Source of the DNA: an uncultured Chloroflexia bacterium
Lineage (GTDB): Bacteria; Chloroflexota; Limnocylindria; Limnocylindrales; CSP1-4
Reading direction: 5' to 3'
Assembly (NCBI GenBank): GCA_963704775.1
Contig: CAVPHR010000001.1
Location: 602,582 to 666,581, forward strand
Length of the DNA: 64,000 nt
In this document: positions 51,986 to 61,631 of the stretch, one piece after another
Position numbering within the stretch: position 1 is the first letter of the stretch
Layout of the letters: each line of letters begins with the position of its first letter
The notes under the pieces: generated by a model
Told to the model about the DNA's origin: nothing
Databases searched by the model: none
Seen by the model: only the letters and a program-made list of their open reading frames with translations
Translations under genes and position numbers: made by a program

Positions 51986-52822
51986 GGCCGGGGCACCGGG
52001 CGCATCGGGTACACGCCGACGACGATCGGCGTGCGGGGGTCGAGCGAGAGCTCGTAGCCGATCTCGCCGGCCAGCAGCAGCTCGCCGAGGAGCTGGCCCT
52101 CGCGCGCCGGCAGGCCGACGAAGATGCAGCCGGGATCGAGCTGGATCGTGCTGACGTCATCGTCGCCGCCGTCGATCGCGAAGCGGCGGCGCAGCTCGTG
52201 CATCGGCACGTACGGGCGGCTCTTGATGAAGCGGCGCAGCTGTGGGGCCGTGCACGGCGAGCCGCGCTCCGCGCCGTTCGGGCCGGGCTGGCCGTTCTGG
52301 CCGGGCTGACCGTGTCTGGCGCGGGCTGACCGTTCTGGCCGTTGGGCGCGTGTTGGGCGGGCTGACCGTTCTGGCCGTTGGGCCCGTGTTGGGCGCGCTG
52401 GCCCCTGCTGGCCAGCCTGTCCGTTCTGGCCTGTCGGTCGAGCCTGCGCGCCGCCATCGGTCGCCGGCGCGTCCGTCGGCCGGCGTCTGCGTGCCGGATG
52501 GCGCGCCGTGCTGAACGGGGTGGGCCTCGATCATCGACGCCCCGTTGGTCGGGGCCGATGGGGTCTCGACGGTCGGTCGATCGGCCGCCGGTTGCGGCGT
52601 CGGCGCGGCCGACGCGTTCGGGGCCGCGACGTCGGGGGTCGCGGCGGCCGCGGTCGCGGGCGGGGTCGGCACATGCTGGTCGGCCGCGACGGTCGGCGGC
52701 GCGACATGGCCGTTTCCGCCCTCGGTCGCCCGGTTCGGGCGTGGTCCGGCGGGCGTCCCCGGACGCGGGGCGCCGTGGTGGCCGCGTTCGTGATGGTGCG
52801 TGCGGCCGTGGCGCCGGCTCAT
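51982..52822 (-). CDS. hypothetical protein: His-rich N-terminus, Pro/Ala linker, (GQNGQP)-type repeats, conserved-looking ~85-aa C-terminal domain (at least 2 frame shifts)
   Basis: MSRRHGRTHHHERGHHG... is ORF 52157..52822. QHGPNGQNGQPAQHAPNGQNGQP is the frame of 51879..52457. GQPGQNGQPGPNGAERGSPCTAPQLRRFIKSRPYVPMHELRRRFAIDGGDDDV...VYPMRPVPRP is the frame of 51982..52209. Confidence 0.5.
52323..52394 (-). repeat. two tandem 36-nt coding repeats (35/36 identical)
   Basis: GGGCTGACCGTTCTGGCCGTTGGGC(G/C)CGTGTTGGGC x2, with partial related units at 52285..52322. Each unit encodes AQH(A/G)PNGQNGQP on the minus strand. Confidence 0.85.
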
Positions 52823-52991
52823 GAGCCGGTGTGGCCGGGTTCGGAGTCCCGGCCGGGGCGGGCGCCGCGGGTGCGGCGCGGTGAGTGGCTGGTCATCGGT
52901 ACTCGGATCTTGGCGGATCGATCGGGCCGATCCGTCGACCGATGATACCGCAGGCGCGCATCGAGACCCGGCCCAGGCGACGGTTCCGGTG

Positions 52992-54154
52992 TCAGCCGTC
53001 GACGACGTACAGCTCGCGAGAGCGCTTCGTTGAGCACGATCGGCCCGTCAGCGCCGCAGACGACGATGTCCTCGATGCGAGCGCCGTACTGCCCGACGAG
53101 ATAGATGCCGGGCTCGACCGAGAACGCCATCCCTTCGCGCAGCGGCAGGTCGTTGCCTGCGATCAGGTACGGGTCCTCGTGGCCCTCGAGGCCGATGCCA
53201 TGCCCGGTCCGATGGAAGAACGCCTCGCCGTAGCCCTCGGCGTCGATCGGCCGGCGCGCGGTGGCATCGATCTCCTCGCAGGCGACGCCCGGTCGAACCG
53301 CCCGCGTCGCCGCGGCCTGCGCCCCGAGCAGCACGCCGAACAGGTGTCGGAATGCCTCGTCCGGCCCGTTCGCCGGGTCGCCGCCGGTGACCCACAGCGT
53401 CCGGGTGACATCCGAGCCGTACCCGCCGAGCGTGCCCCCGATGTCGAGGACGATCGGCTCGCCCGCCCGGATGACCCGCTCGGACGCCTCGTGGTGGGGC
53501 GACGCGGAGTTGGGACCGGAACCCACGATCGCGAACAGCGCCGTGTCGTGGCCCTCTGCGATGAGCCGGTCGCGCACCTCGTGGGCGACATCTGCCTCGG
53601 TCCGCCCGACCAACTGACCCGCGGCGATCTGGGCCACGACCCGGTCGGCCGCCTGGGCCGCGAGTCGCAGCAGAGCGATCTCGTCGGCGTCCTTGATCAT
53701 GCGCAGGTCCGCCAGGACCGGCGATGCGGGCTCGAACCGGGCGGCAGGAAGGGCGGCCTGCAGTCGCAGCAGGTGGCTGGCCCAGAGCGTGTCGGAGACG
53801 GCGATCCGCGGCGCCGCGTGTCCGGTCGGGCCCAGCAGGAGTCCCGTCACGACGTCGTACGGATCGCGGATCTCGTCCCACGTCACGATCGTCACGTCCG
53901 TGCGCAGTCCGGCCTCGGCGGCACCCCGCTCCAGCCGCGGCACGACGATCGTCGGCGCCTGGCCGGGGATCGACCACGAGCATCGTCAGCCGCTCGAGCG
54001 GCATCGCCTCGTATGCGGTCAGGTAGCGCAGGTCCGGGCCGACCGCCACGAGCAGCGCATCGAAACCGTGCTCGGCCGTCGCCTCGGCCGCGCGCCGCAG
54101 CCGGTCCGCATAGCGCTCGGCGGGGATCGTGGGCCGGATCGCCTCCGTGGTCAC
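52992..54154 (-). CDS. M24 family Xaa-Pro peptidase (apparent frame shifts near 53010 and 53950)
   Basis: GTG 54154 overlaps the upstream stop (GTGA). The N-terminal creatinase-like part is in the frame of 53048..54397. The catalytic domain is ORF 52819..53943 (VLDIGGTLGGYGSDVTRT, HRTGHGIGLEGHE, VEPGIY). The natural end RELYVVDG-stop at 52992 is one frame away. Confidence 0.8.
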
Positions 54155-54525
54155 GAGGCTTTCGCGGGGGCCGGAGCTCGCTCCAGCCACGTCGCGATGG
54201 TCGCCGGTCCGTCCTCGAAGAGCTTGCGGTAGGCGAGCACGCGATCTGCGCCCCGCGCGAGGGCTCGCTTGCGCAGGTCGAGGTCGTCGTGGGGACCGAC
54301 GGCGAGCACCCGGGCGCCGAGCGACTGGGCGCGCTCGATCGCCACGAGCGGGTCGTATGCCCGTGCCGCCAGGTCGATGATCGCGAAATCGGCGCACGCC
54401 AGCGCGCGGTCGAATTCGGGCGCCGTCTTGGCCCGCATCGGCGTGGCGCCGGCCGATTCGACGGCCTTGGCCAGGCGGTCCTGCCAGATCAGGTCCTGCG
54501 CGAGGACCGCGATCCGGGTCGTCAT
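54151..54525 (-). CDS. single-domain receiver (CheY-like) protein, partly degenerate
   Basis: 124 aa. The beta3 Asp context FAIIDL is present, but the N-terminal acidic pair is reduced to AQD and the T/S and K positions are unclear. Start overlaps the upstream stop (ATGA). Confidence 0.5.
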   Translation of the reverse strand: MTTRIAVLAQDLIWQDRLAKAVESAGATPMRAKTAPEFDRALACADFAIIDLAARAYDPLVAIERAQSLGARVLAVGPHDDLDLRKRALARGADRVLAYRKLFEDGPATIATWLERAPAPAKAS

Positions 54526-55031
54526 CCGAACGCCTGCGCGAGGTGGTGGAAGACGTCCCGGGCGGTCACGACCCCCGTCGGGCGGCCGTCCTCCACGATG
54601 GGGATGTGGCGGAAGCCCCCGACGGCCATCTTGTGGATCGCGAGCGCGATCGGGTCGTCGTGGCGGAGGACGACCGGGTCCGGGGTCATGAAGTCGCGGA
54701 CGCGGAATGCGTCCAGGGGCTTGCCGGCGGCCTTCGCGACCGCGTCCCGGTCGGTGAAGATGCCGACGAGGCGACCGTCGGTCACGACCAGCACGCAGTC
54801 GACCTCGGCGTCCTGCATCCGCGCGATGGCCGCGTCCACGGGCGTCTCCGGCTCGACCGTGACGGGCGCAGGGGCCCCGAGGTCGTCGAGGTGCTCACCG
54901 AGCAGGCGCCCATGGAAGGACGAGGTCTGCTGCGGCACGTCGTTGCCCATGAGGTCCGATTCGCAGTTCTCGCAGGTATCGGCGTCGGGCAGGTTCTCGA
55001 AGCCGCAGCTCGGACACCGTTTCATCAGCAT
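54522..55031 (-). CDS. zinc-ribbon plus CBS-pair domain protein
   Basis: ATG 55031 is preceded by GGGAGGGAGG, 17 nt after the korB stop. MLMKRCPSCGFENLPDADTCENCESDL (CxxC...CxxC) is followed by two CBS motifs. Confidence 0.75.
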   Translation of the reverse strand: MLMKRCPSCGFENLPDADTCENCESDLMGNDVPQQTSSFHGRLLGEHLDDLGAPAPVTVEPETPVDAAIARMQDAEVDCVLVVTDGRLVGIFTDRDAVAKAAGKPLDAFRVRDFMTPDPVVLRHDDPIALAIHKMAVGGFRHIPIVEDGRPTGVVTARDVFHHLAQAFG

Positions 55032-55047
55032 CGCGACCTCCCTCCCG

Positions 55048-56136
55048 TCAGTCGACGGTCCACGTCTCGCCACCGCTCAGGACACGCGCCAGGTCGCCCT
55101 GGCCGGACTTCGCGACGGCCGCGGTCAGCTGGTCCTCGAGGAGCTGGTCGTGGGTCGGCCGGACCACGGACCGCAGGACGCCCACCGGGACCGGGTAGTC
55201 CGGCCACGACATCCGCGAGAGCATGAGCGCGAGGTATGGCTCGGTGGCGGCCTCGTCGTGGACGAGGAGGTCCGCCTCGGTCACGCCGTTCTCGCCGATC
55301 GTGACGACCTCGGGATGCAGGCCCGCGAGGCGGATGCCCTTGTCGCGGTCCTTGCCGAAGATCATGGGCTTGCCGTGCTCGAGGACGAGCATCCGGTCCT
55401 CGCGCACCTCGCGGTCGGTGAAGTCGCGCCACGCCCCGTCGTTGAAGATGTTGCAGTTCTGGAGGACCTCCACGAACGCGGAGCCCTTGTGGCGGCCGGC
55501 CCGCTCGAGCGTGCCCTGGAGATGCTCGGTGTGCGTGTCGACCGAACGGGCGACGAAGCTCGCCTCCGCGGCGAGGGCGATCGTCAGCGGGATGATCGGG
55601 GTGTCGACCGTCCCGGCCGGCGTCGACTTGGTCCGCTTCCCGAACTCCGAGGTCGGCGAGGCCTGGCCCTTGGTCAGCCCGTAGATCCGGTTGTTGAACA
55701 TGATCAGCTTGATGTCGACGTTGCGGCGCATCGAGTGGATGACGTGGTTCCCGCCGATCGAGAGCGCGTCGCCGTCGCCGGTGATGACCCAGACCATCAG
55801 GTCCGGCCGGGCGGCCTTGAGCCCCGTCGCGAGGGTCGGCGCGCGGCCGTGGATGGTGTGGAAGCCGAACGTGTTCATGTAGTACGGCAGCCGGCCGGAG
55901 CAGCCGATGCCCGAGATGAACACGATGTTCTCCTTCGGGTAGCCGAAGTCGGGCATGACCTTCTGGGTCTGGGCGAGGATCGAGTAGTCGCCGCAGCCCG
56001 GGCACCAGCGGACTTCCTGGTCGGACACGAAGTCCTTGCGGGTCAGCGCGATCACGGCGGCGTTCTCGTCGCTCAGCGGCGGCTGGGCCGGGACGGACGA
56101 CGGTGTCGCGCCGTTGGTGGCGATCGGTTCGGTCAT
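55048..56136 (-). CDS. korB: 2-oxoglutarate/2-oxoacid:ferredoxin oxidoreductase beta subunit
   Basis: WCPGCGDYSIL, GIGCSGR and GDGDALSIGGNH TPP-binding motifs; intact 362 aa. Confidence 0.9.
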   Translation of the reverse strand: MTEPIATNGATPSSVPAQPPLSDENAAVIALTRKDFVSDQEVRWCPGCGDYSILAQTQKVMPDFGYPKENIVFISGIGCSGRLPYYMNTFGFHTIHGRAPTLATGLKAARPDLMVWVITGDGDALSIGGNHVIHSMRRNVDIKLIMFNNRIYGLTKGQASPTSEFGKRTKSTPAGTVDTPIIPLTIALAAEASFVARSVDTHTEHLQGTLERAGRHKGSAFVEVLQNCNIFNDGAWRDFTDREVREDRMLVLEHGKPMIFGKDRDKGIRLAGLHPEVVTIGENGVTEADLLVHDEAATEPYLALMLSRMSWPDYPVPVGVLRSVVRPTHDQLLEDQLTAAVAKSGQGDLARVLSGGETWTVD

Positions 56137-56143
56137 GCGTGGA

Positions 56144-58001
56144 TCACTCCGCGAGGATGCGTTCGGCTTCGGCCACGATCTCGGCGATGGTGAACGGCTT
56201 GCCCCGCACCTTGTCGTAGCCGACGGCGTCGATGAGGTACCTGGCCCGGACCAGCATCAGGAGCTGGCCGAGATTGACTTCGGGGATGAGGACCCGCCGG
56301 TACGAGCGCAGGACCTCCTCGGTGTTGGCGGGGAACGGGTTGAGGTGCCGCAGATGGGCGTGGGCGACCGGCCGGCCGTCGGCCTGCAGGCGCTCGACCG
56401 CCGAGCGGATCGCGCCGTACGTGGAGCCCCAGCCCAGGATCAGCAGCTCGCCGGTCGCCGGACCGTAGACGTCGAGCGGCGCGATGTCCTTCGCGATGCC
56501 GGCCACCTTGGCCGCCCGCAGGAGCTGCATCTTGTGGTGGTTGTCCGGGTCGTAGCTGACATTGCCGGTCCCGTCGGCCTTCTCGAGGCCGCCGATCCGA
56601 TGCTCGAGGCCGGCCGTGCCCGGGACCGCCCACGGCCGCGCGAGCGTCTCCGGGTCGCGGAGGTACGGCTGGAACGGGCCGTCACCCCGGACGGCGTTAT
56701 CGACGCCGATGTCGTTCAGCGTGGCGAGGTCCGGGATCTTCCACGGCTCCGAGCCTGTGGCGAGGAACGCGTCGGACAGGAACGCGACCGGGGTCATGTA
56801 CTTGAGCGCGATGCGCCACGCCTCGATGGCCATGTCGAAGCAGTCACCCGGCGTCGAGGGCGCGACGATCGGGATCGGCGAGTCGGAGTTGCGCCCGAAC
56901 ATGATCTGGAGCAGGTCCGCCTGCTCGTTCTTGGTGGGCATGCCGGTCGACGGGCCGGCCCGCTGGACGTCGATGACCACGAGCGGCAGCTCGACCATCA
57001 CCGCGAGGCCCATCGCCTCGGTCTTGAGCGCGATGCCCGGGCCGGACGAGGCGGTCATGCCGAGCGACCCGCCGTAGCTCGCCCCGATCGCCGCCCCGAT
57101 GGCCGCGATCTCGTCCTCGGCCTGGAAGGTCTTGACGCCGAACGTCTTGTACGTCGAGAGCTGGTGCAGGATGTCGCTCGCGGGGGTGATCGGGTAGCTG
57201 CCGTAGAACAACGGCCGGCCGGCCAGCTTCGACGCGGCCAGGAAGCCGAGCGCGGTCGCCTCGTTGCCCGTGATGTTCCGGTACGTGCCCGGCGGGAGGT
57301 GGGCCGGCTTGACGCGGTAGTGGGTGTGGAAGATCTCGGTCGTCTCGCCGAACGCGTACCCGGCCTTCAGGGCCCGCTTGTTCGCCTCTGCGACCACCGG
57401 CCGGGCCGAGAACTTCTGGTCGATCCAGCGTGATCGTCGGGTCCATGCTCCGCTCGTAGAGCCAGAACATGATCCCGAGCGCGAAGAAGTTCTTGGTCAG
57501 GTCCTTCTGCTTGCTCGTCATCTCGAGCCCGTCGAGCGAGCGCTCGTTGAGCGCCGAGATCGGGACCTCGAAGACGATGAAGTCGCTGAGCGAGCCGTCG
57601 GTCAGCGGGTTGCTGGCGTAGGCGGCCTTGTTCAGGTTCTGCTGCGTGAACGCGTCGCTGTTGACGATCAGGGCGCCGCCGGGCGGCAGATCCATGATGT
57701 TGGTCTTGAGCGCCGCCGGGTTCATCGCGACCAGGACATCGGGCTGGTCGCCCGGGGTGTGGATGTCGGTCGAGCTGAAGCTGATCTGGAACCCGGACAC
57801 GCCCGGCAGCGAGCCGGCCGGTGCCCGGATCTCGGCCGGGAAGTCGGGCAGGGTGCTGATGTCGTTGCCGAAGACGGCGGCGGTCCGGGTGAACTGCGTC
57901 CCGGTCAGCTGCATCCCGTCGCCGGAATCGCCCGCGAAGCGGATGGTGACCCGCTCGAGCTCCGAGATCCCGGGCTCGAGGTCCTTCGTGGTGGTCGTCA
58001 C
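56144..58001 (-). CDS. korA: 2-oxoglutarate/2-oxoacid:ferredoxin oxidoreductase alpha subunit (one apparent frame shift near 57425..57435)
   Basis: The N-terminal gamma-like domain is ORF 56844..58001 ([15 protein letters not shown]) up to ...SMDPTIT. It continues as [24 protein letters not shown]... in ORF 56144..57397. Confidence 0.9.
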
Positions 58002-58498
58002 GCGCCTTCCGGCTCCTTCATGCGCTGATGTGGCCGGGGCGGGAGGTTGAGCAGTTCCTCGGGGAATGACTCGGCCAGGTACTTGATGATGTCGGCCTGC
58101 CGGATGACGCCGACGAGGTTGCCGCCGGCGTCCACGACCGGCACGTTCCGGTAGCGGCCGGTCTGCATCAGGTCGATCGCGTCACGGATGGTCTGGTCGA
58201 GGTCGAGCGTCCGTGGCTCGGTCGTCATGAGCGTCTCGACGGGCTGCGCCAGGTCGACGCGGCCAGCCACGATCCGCGCGAAGATGTCGCGCTCGGTCAG
58301 CACCCCGACGAGTCGTCCGGACTGGTCACACACGAACACTGAATCGCCTGTACCGGTCCGCTGGATCGCGCGAAGGCACTCGGCCAGCGATGTCGCCGGC
58401 GGCACCGTGACCGGCTCGCGCCGGCTGAGCACCCGCAGGCGCTCCTCCAGGATGGCCGGCACGCGGCGGGCGACGGCGGTCTCGGTCAGATCGGTCAC
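57998..58498 (-). CDS. CBS-pair domain protein
   Basis: 166 aa with two CBS motifs ([19 protein letters not shown]; [19 protein letters not shown]). Its stop overlaps the korA ATG. Confidence 0.8.
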   Translation of the reverse strand: MTDLTETAVARRVPAILEERLRVLSRREPVTVPPATSLAECLRAIQRTGTGDSVFVCDQSGRLVGVLTERDIFARIVAGRVDLAQPVETLMTTEPRTLDLDQTIRDAIDLMQTGRYRNVPVVDAGGNLVGVIRQADIIKYLAESFPEELLNLPPRPHQRMKEPEGA

Positions 58499-58596
58499 GC
58501 TCCAAAGTGTAGCGACCGTTGCCGGAACCGGGCGTCAGCCAGCATGATGCGCCGGACGCCCGCCGGCAGACACCGCGGCGCATCGGAGGGGGGCGC

Positions 58597-59760
58597 ATGC
58601 GACGGGACCGGCGGCACGCACCGATGGCGGCCCTTGCGATCGTCGTCCTCGTGGTCGCGGGCGCATGCGGCGACCCGAACGCGACACCGACCCCGGCCCC
58701 CACGACCGCCCCGACCCCGACCGTGGTGCCGACGCCGAGCCCCTCGCCCGTCGACGTCACCGACGACTTCGTCCGGATCATCACGGCGCCGGACTTCAGC
58801 GCGACGGCGACCGTCAATGGGACGGTCATGGTCGGGCCGAACACGGCCGACGTCACCGGGAACGCCATCTTCGCCGGGCCCGACTCGAGCGTCACATTGA
58901 GCGTCACGGGCGGCGAGGTCACGCAGTCGATCGAGTCGGTGGCGATCGGGTCGAAGCGGTGGGGCCGCAAGACGCCCGGGCCGTGGCTCGCGGCCCCGGA
59001 CGCCGACCCGTCGGAGGGGTCCATGTCGGGGACCCTCGCGACCATCGCCTCGGTCAAGGACCTCGGGGTCGAGGAGAAGGACGGCCGGCCTCTCCACCAC
59101 CTCCAGCCGAGCGGCGGCGGCGCCGTCTCGCCGGCGATCCTCGGCTTCGACGTCGAGGGCGCGACGGACCCGGCACTCGTGATGGACTTCCACGCGACCG
59201 ACGACGGGACCCCGGCGGTCATGAGGCTCGATGCCAGCTGGACGCAGACCGTCGACGACGTGTCGCTCCCGATCGACCTCGATCTCGAGTTCGCCTTCAG
59301 CGGCGTCGGGACGTCCCACGCGGTCTCGCCGCCCGAGGACGTCTGGATCGTGAACGCCTCGAAGCCCTTCAAGTACTCGATGGCGCACCCGACGGACTGG
59401 ACCATCGAGTCGTCGAAGACCGAGGACGCCTACGCGATCGACGGGCAGCCATACGTCTATGTGGCCCCGCAGCAGCTCGCCAAGGGCGCGACGCTCGATG
59501 CCTTCGTCGCCGACCTCCAGGCGTTCTACAAGGACGACTTCGGGGTGCCGACCTCACAGACCGCCACGTCGCTGGGCGGGCAGCCCGCCGCTCGACTCGT
59601 GTACCAGTTCACGAACGACCAGGGCCAGGACGTGACCTTCGTCGACGACATCTCGGTCCGCGGCCGGACGGGCTGGGAGGTCTTCCTCGTGACCGCCGGC
59701 GGCGCATCGGACATCCCGGTCTTCGACCAGTTCGTCGCGACATTCCAGTACGCCGACTGA
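58597..59760 (+). CDS. lipoprotein of unknown function
   Basis: ATG 58597 after GGAGGGGGG. MRRDRRHAPMAALAIVVLVVAGAC lipobox, PT-rich linker, ~330-aa beta-rich body. Confidence 0.6.
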   Translation: MRRDRRHAPMAALAIVVLVVAGACGDPNATPTPAPTTAPTPTVVPTPSPSPVDVTDDFVRIITAPDFSATATVNGTVMVGPNTADVTGNAIFAGPDSSVTLSVTGGEVTQSIESVAIGSKRWGRKTPGPWLAAPDADPSEGSMSGTLATIASVKDLGVEEKDGRPLHHLQPSGGGAVSPAILGFDVEGATDPALVMDFHATDDGTPAVMRLDASWTQTVDDVSLPIDLDLEFAFSGVGTSHAVSPPEDVWIVNASKPFKYSMAHPTDWTIESSKTEDAYAIDGQPYVYVAPQQLAKGATLDAFVADLQAFYKDDFGVPTSQTATSLGGQPAARLVYQFTNDQGQDVTFVDDISVRGRTGWEVFLVTAGGASDIPVFDQFVATFQYAD

Positions 59761-59823
59761 GGCTCGGCCCACCGGCCGGCGCGGACGGGCACGGGTGGTC
59801 TCCGGGCTGCTAGCCTCCGGCCG

Positions 59824-60792
59824 ATGGATCGCCGACGCCTGGGCGGGGTCGCCCTCATCCTGGTCTCGGCAGCGGGATTCGGATCCGGGTCGCTCTTCGC
59901 CCAGCCCGTGTACGCGAGCGGTGTCGACTGGCTCGTGTTGTCATCCTGGCGATTCCTCTTCGGGGCCAGCCTGGCGTGGGCCTGGCTCCTCGCGTCGCCG
60001 ACTCGCCGACGCGGCCTGCGCGCCTTCGACCGGCGAGCGGTCGTCGTCGCGCTCGGGCTCGGGGTCCTGTACGTCGGCAATTCGGGGGCCTACTACGCCT
60101 CACTCGAGACCGTCTCGCCGTCCCTGGCCGGCCTCATCGTCTTCATGTACCCGGCGCTCGTCGCTGTCGTCACGCTGCGGGTCGGTCAACGGCTCGAGGG
60201 CCGACGCGCGTGGCTCGCGCTAGGGGTCGCCCTCGTCGGCGTCGCCCTCACGATCGGCGGCATCGACCCCGACGATGCGCCGCCCGTCTCAGGGCTGCTG
60301 CTCGTCATCGCCTCGATGCTCATCTACGTCGTATGGATCGTCCTGGCGGCCCGGTTGGCGGGCGAACGCCGCGACGCGGTCGGCGGCGAGTCGGACACCG
60401 GCGCGGCTGCCTCGGCCGCGACCGCGCTGATGATGGCCGCGACGGCGACCGTCTACTGGCTCTGGAGTCTCGGCAGCGGGCGGCCGGTCCTGCCCTCGCA
60501 GATCCCACCGGAGGCCTGGTTCGGGCTGTTCGGGGTCGGTGTCGTCGCGACGTTCATCGCGATCCAGGCGTTCTACGCGGGGGCTCAGCGGATCGGGGCC
60601 GCCCAGGCCTCGATCATCAGCACCGTCGAGCCGATCTGGACGATCGTGCTCGCCTACCTGCTGTTCGGCTTCGTCCTGACGCCGGTCCAGCTCGTCGGTG
60701 GCGCGCTGATCATCGTGGGCGTCCTGCTGGCCCAGACCGGGCCGGCCGCCGGCCGGGCGCCGAGTCCCGCGATGCGCATCGCCGACGAATAG
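59824..60792 (+). CDS. DMT superfamily (EamA-like) transporter
   Basis: 322 aa, about 10 TM helices and two EamA-like halves. Confidence 0.8.
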   Translation: MDRRRLGGVALILVSAAGFGSGSLFAQPVYASGVDWLVLSSWRFLFGASLAWAWLLASPTRRRGLRAFDRRAVVVALGLGVLYVGNSGAYYASLETVSPSLAGLIVFMYPALVAVVTLRVGQRLEGRRAWLALGVALVGVALTIGGIDPDDAPPVSGLLLVIASMLIYVVWIVLAARLAGERRDAVGGESDTGAAASAATALMMAATATVYWLWSLGSGRPVLPSQIPPEAWFGLFGVGVVATFIAIQAFYAGAQRIGAAQASIISTVEPIWTIVLAYLLFGFVLTPVQLVGGALIIVGVLLAQTGPAAGRAPSPAMRIADE

Positions 60793-60818
60793 GGCCGTGG
60801 GCGCGACGGCGGGCCGGC

Positions 60819-61577
60819 TCAGCCGCCGCGGGCGGCCTCGACCATGCCGCGCGCCCCGGCGGACACGAACCCGAGGTCCGAGCCAAGGCCGATGAACCGG
60901 AACCCGAGCTCGAGGTGGCGCGGCAGCACCGCGCGGTCGTAGAGCAGGATCCCGGCCGCCTTGCCGTGGCGCTCGCACGCGGCGAGGACGGCCCCGATCG
61001 CGTCGAGGTAGACCGGGTCGTCGAACTGGCCTGGGACGCCAAGCGAGTGCGACAGGTCGGCCGGTCCCACGAACAGGACGTCGGCGCCGGGCAGCGCGGC
61101 GATCGCGTCCGCGTCGGCGACGGCCGCCGGGTTCTCGATCTGGAACGCACCGACGACGACGTCGTTGAGCGTGCCGATGTCCGCGTGACCGACCGCGCCG
61201 AAGCCCTGGCCGCGTCCGCCGAGGGCGATGCCGCGCTGGCCCTGCGGCGGGAAGCGCATCCAGTCGAGGGCCTGGCGGACGTCGTCGGCCGATTCGACCC
61301 GCGGGACGACGAGGCCGCCGGCCCCCATGTCGAGCACCCGCGAGATGCGCAGCCGGTCGCTGCGCTCGATGCGGACCATGGGTGTCGCGGCGGTCGTGCC
61401 GATCGCGTACAGCTGCGGCAGGACCGTCGTCTCCGTGGTCATGCCGTGCTCGGTGTCGATGACCAGCCAGTCGAATCCGGCGCGCCCGCACGCCTCCGCG
61501 ACATACGGCGAACCGGTCGAGAGCCAGGTGCCGAACGTCGTCTCGCCGCCGAGGACGCGCTCCCGGAGGGTCGTCAT
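60819..61577 (-). CDS. HpcH/HpaI family aldolase
   Basis: FDWLVIDTEHG, MVRIE, GAGGLVVPRVES and FVGPADLS motifs; 252 aa. Confidence 0.85.
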   Translation of the reverse strand: MTTLRERVLGGETTFGTWLSTGSPYVAEACGRAGFDWLVIDTEHGMTTETTVLPQLYAIGTTAATPMVRIERSDRLRISRVLDMGAGGLVVPRVESADDVRQALDWMRFPPQGQRGIALGGRGQGFGAVGHADIGTLNDVVVGAFQIENPAAVADADAIAALPGADVLFVGPADLSHSLGVPGQFDDPVYLDAIGAVLAACERHGKAAGILLYDRAVLPRHLELGFRFIGLGSDLGFVSAGARGMVEAARGG

Positions 61578-61631
61578 GCCGCGATGATGACCGGTCCGAC
61601 GCGGGCCGTGGTCGCGCCCAGCGGCGTCGAG

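Noticed and set aside
52283-52400. Tandem 36-nt repeats considered as a mini CRISPR array or VNTR.
   Set aside because: The units are directly adjacent with no spacers and are multiples of 3 nt. They translate to a coherent Gln/Asn/Gly/Pro repeat inside an ORF, so this is a coding low-complexity repeat.
54151-54525. Calling the 124-aa protein a bona fide phospho-accepting response regulator.
   Set aside because: The acidic pocket is incomplete (AQD instead of DD) and the conserved T/S and K positions are unclear. It is reported only as receiver-like.
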